Part shown: one piece after another, positions 61,539 through 64,000 of the stretch
Numbering within the stretch: position 1 is the first letter of the stretch
Layout: each line of letters starts with the position of its first letter
Assembly (NCBI GenBank): GCA_029953675.1
Contig: JAMWBK010000003.1
Span: 1,054,001-1,118,000, forward strand
Direction: 5' to 3'
From: Rhodosorus marinus CCMP1338
Taxonomy: Eukaryota > Plantae > Rhodophyta
Length of the DNA stretch: 64,000 nt
The notes under the pieces: generated by a model
Seen by the model: only the letters and a program-made list of their open reading frames with translations
Databases searched by the model: none
What the model was told of the DNA's origin: nothing
Made by a program: the position numbers and the translations under genes

Positions 61539-64000
61539 CGTTGGTTTTCGGCTTGCCTCCTCGTCTAACCTCAAGCTGCGACTGAGCTGCGAAACGACAA
61601 TCCAAGTGGCCGAGCAGATATATATTCACATCGACTTATATAGGGTCCAATGACCACACCAGAATGAGGTGGAGCCGCACAACCTAAAAGTCAATCCTAG
61701 TGGAAATCAGACATACATCAACCTCCTGTGAAAGTGGCTAACAGAGAAAATACAACCCAACACTCAAAACGCCACACAAGGACCATCTACTTCAAATCAA
61801 GAAGAACGCAATAGACGCAAAGAAAATCCTGGCAACTGCACCCTGGCTATCAATCACGACAAAATGAAGCGCGGGGAATCAAGAGCTTCTTCCCCCCCCC
61901 CTCCCCCTCCAAACTGGTTTGAAAAATCTCGCCATGCTCTGAAGAAGAGTACATCTACCATATTTTTTGCTTGAAGTTTACGAGGACAACATTCCCGGAA
62001 ATGATCTTTCAAAACCTCGAATACACAGCGGAGGCTTACAAAAAACAAATCTCCCAAGACCTACTTATAGATGAGATTCACGTTGGAAAGAAGTTTCTTA
62101 CCATCTCCAAGTTGAAGGTCAGTCGATATGCACATCGAACGGATCTCTACCTCCCACAATCTGGTGAAGTTACCGCATTGACATCACGTACAAACCCTAA
62201 GTAGCCATTTTGAGCCATGGAGAAATTTAGTTCAATAGACAATCAACCATTTCAGTACATGTTCATCCAATCATAATATTTGGGAGAATAATACAACCAA
62301 TCGAGAAACGTATCGAAGTCAGTACCAATCATTAACGATTCAAGTTCGAACCGTCTCCAATCACTTTGGGGAGCTTACACTCTGTATAATAATATTTACC
62401 GGGGGGGTTATTATTCTTGGCAAGTTACTGAAGAAGATTAACGTCAACAAATAATTGCTCTGATATTTTGCATTGCAAGTGATTGTTAACCCCTTAATTT
62501 AATTTTGTGTGTTCATCAAAAATCTACTTTTTCAGAAAAACGAGCGTTCGGAGGTGGCAAACGTAGAGAAATGTTTTTGTATTCATGGGCACAGACGGAC
62601 GATATCTAAATTTTGATTGGAGAATTTATGCAGGTCAATCATTGATAAATGGATAAAATAGAAGTTTGCTTCGTTTTAATTGGATGGTCAACGGTAGTCG
62701 TACGACAAGTTGTTGTCGTTCGGGATCTACTCTAACTTTTTATTGTTTTTTGTTCCATATTTCAATATTGCCAAATATCGCTTGCGATACCGCTTTCAGG
62801 TGGAGGATTAGTCTCGTGGGTGAGCCGGAGCCCAATGTGGTTTCCGATGTTGTGTAGGTAATAGTCGAACCTCTGAACACCAGGATCCATCTTGCTTTGT
62901 GTTCACTGTTTCTTGCGGAACTTTGGCTGCCTCGATGCCCTGTGACAGGTCTGCCCTGGTATATTGGGCATGAGGTCTGGAACCCAGCAAGCTCTTGTTT
63001 TGAATTGCTGTTTTGGCTCCGGGGGTTCTGCAAGCTCGAGCTAGGTAGTGTTTTCCGGTCGACGCGGCTTGCCAGGTAGAGAAACTATTAGCTGACAAAA
63101 TCTGGTTCGCTATCGCCTCGAATTCGAATCATCCGGCTGCACCATGGCATACTGCCGAGATAGACTCGTTTTAGTACTATACAGGAGTCGTATAACTTTC
63201 CACCTCTCGCGGCTTGATGCATCTCTACAAGGTACCGCCCTCTTGCTTTTTTGAGAAATTTAGAACAACAGCGCCGGAAGAATCCTTTCATATCATTTGA
63301 TTGGCGTCACGAGATGCCTAGCCGTCGCCCGTCCCTCGCGGAATAGGTTCAGGACGGTACCGATCTACTTTCAACCAATCCACCAGTCCAATTCCTTCGA
63401 TTCCGCTCTCGACTGGGCCATTTCTCAAAGCTGCATGCGGAGGCGGGAAGCGGCCCAGGGGACCTTGGACCGCTTCTGGTTCTCACTCCTCAGACTCTGG
63501 TCTAATTCAAAAGAAATACACACTTAACGGGCTGTTTGGTCGTGAAGAACCCCCAAGGGTCTTTCATGTCTACTTGTCGCACAGGGCCTCATTCAAACGC
63601 GGCAATGCTTTGCAGTTTCCCCTGAGCCGTTCTGATGGTGCACTTTCACATTCTGCTGTAAAATACTACTTTCTGGCCCAGATGACCAAAAGTCCCTCAG
63701 GCAAAAGGGAATGAAGAGCCCGTCGTGTTGAGTTTGTCGCTGTTCAGGTGTTTCCAGAGAAATCTTGACGCCGAATGCCGTAGCTGAGGCCGGCAGTGAT
63801 CCTTCCCCATAAATTGCCTCGCCTGGTCGGCAAGCTAGAACCTGAGATCTCCCGAGCGCAGAAGAAAGGAGCTCTCGCAAAGGGCGTGGTACCCAAGCCG
63901 GAAATGAATTTCATCCTGGCCACGCAGGTAACTCTCAGGTCCTGTACGAGTTGTCTTTTTTTTCCCGAAACCTGAAGAGGACCTGAAGAGGAATATGAAA

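Noticed and set aside
62600-64000. Short ORFs on both strands at the right end
   Set aside because: None is recognisable; they could be UTR or part of a gene extending beyond the window.
1-64000. tRNA (including tRNA-Sec), rRNA and snRNA genes
   Set aside because: GTTCGA-type hits lack cloverleaf context, and no conserved snRNA or rRNA signatures were seen by eye. tRNAscan-SE and Infernal would be needed to exclude them.

Overview
Gene-dense eukaryotic nuclear DNA (about 50% GC coding, AT-rich promoter islands, many 50-130 nt spliceosomal introns). Plastid transit-peptide-like N-termini with an early Phe (MEVGFV, MIGFVV, MACFL) suggest a unicellular red alga; this is inference. Recognisable genes, left to right: RGG-tailed ABC-class P-loop ATPase, SepSecS, a short Cdc27/POLD3-like ORF, TenA, DIS3/RRP44, plastid ABC-F, ISE2/HelY-like Ski2 helicase, cytochrome b5 domain protein, CLN3/battenin, a DnaJ protein, a Myb/SANT-like plus coiled-coil protein, a MED21-like protein, importin alpha, MON2, plastid transaldolase, a LOA1/Vps66-like acyltransferase, eRF3 and nitronate monooxygenase. 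Two genes are invisible in the ORF track and had to be assembled by hand from splice sites. (1) 30667-36001 encodes a roughly 1300-aa type II membrane protein whose C-terminal part is an 18-coil, 21-residue-periodic pentapeptide-like beta-solenoid; 13 consecutive exons are exact multiples of 63 nt with phase-0 introns at coil boundaries. (2) 60518-61538 (minus) encodes a secreted protein with two near-identical CX3CX3C-X13-CX3CX3C hairpin modules joined by poly-Gly linkers. Also seen: a perfect 44-bp inverted repeat, an apparently degenerate DIS3 PIN site, a possible hAT remnant and a G-rich minisatellite. No tRNA, rRNA or CRISPR array was found. All family calls are from motif recognition by eye, with no database search.
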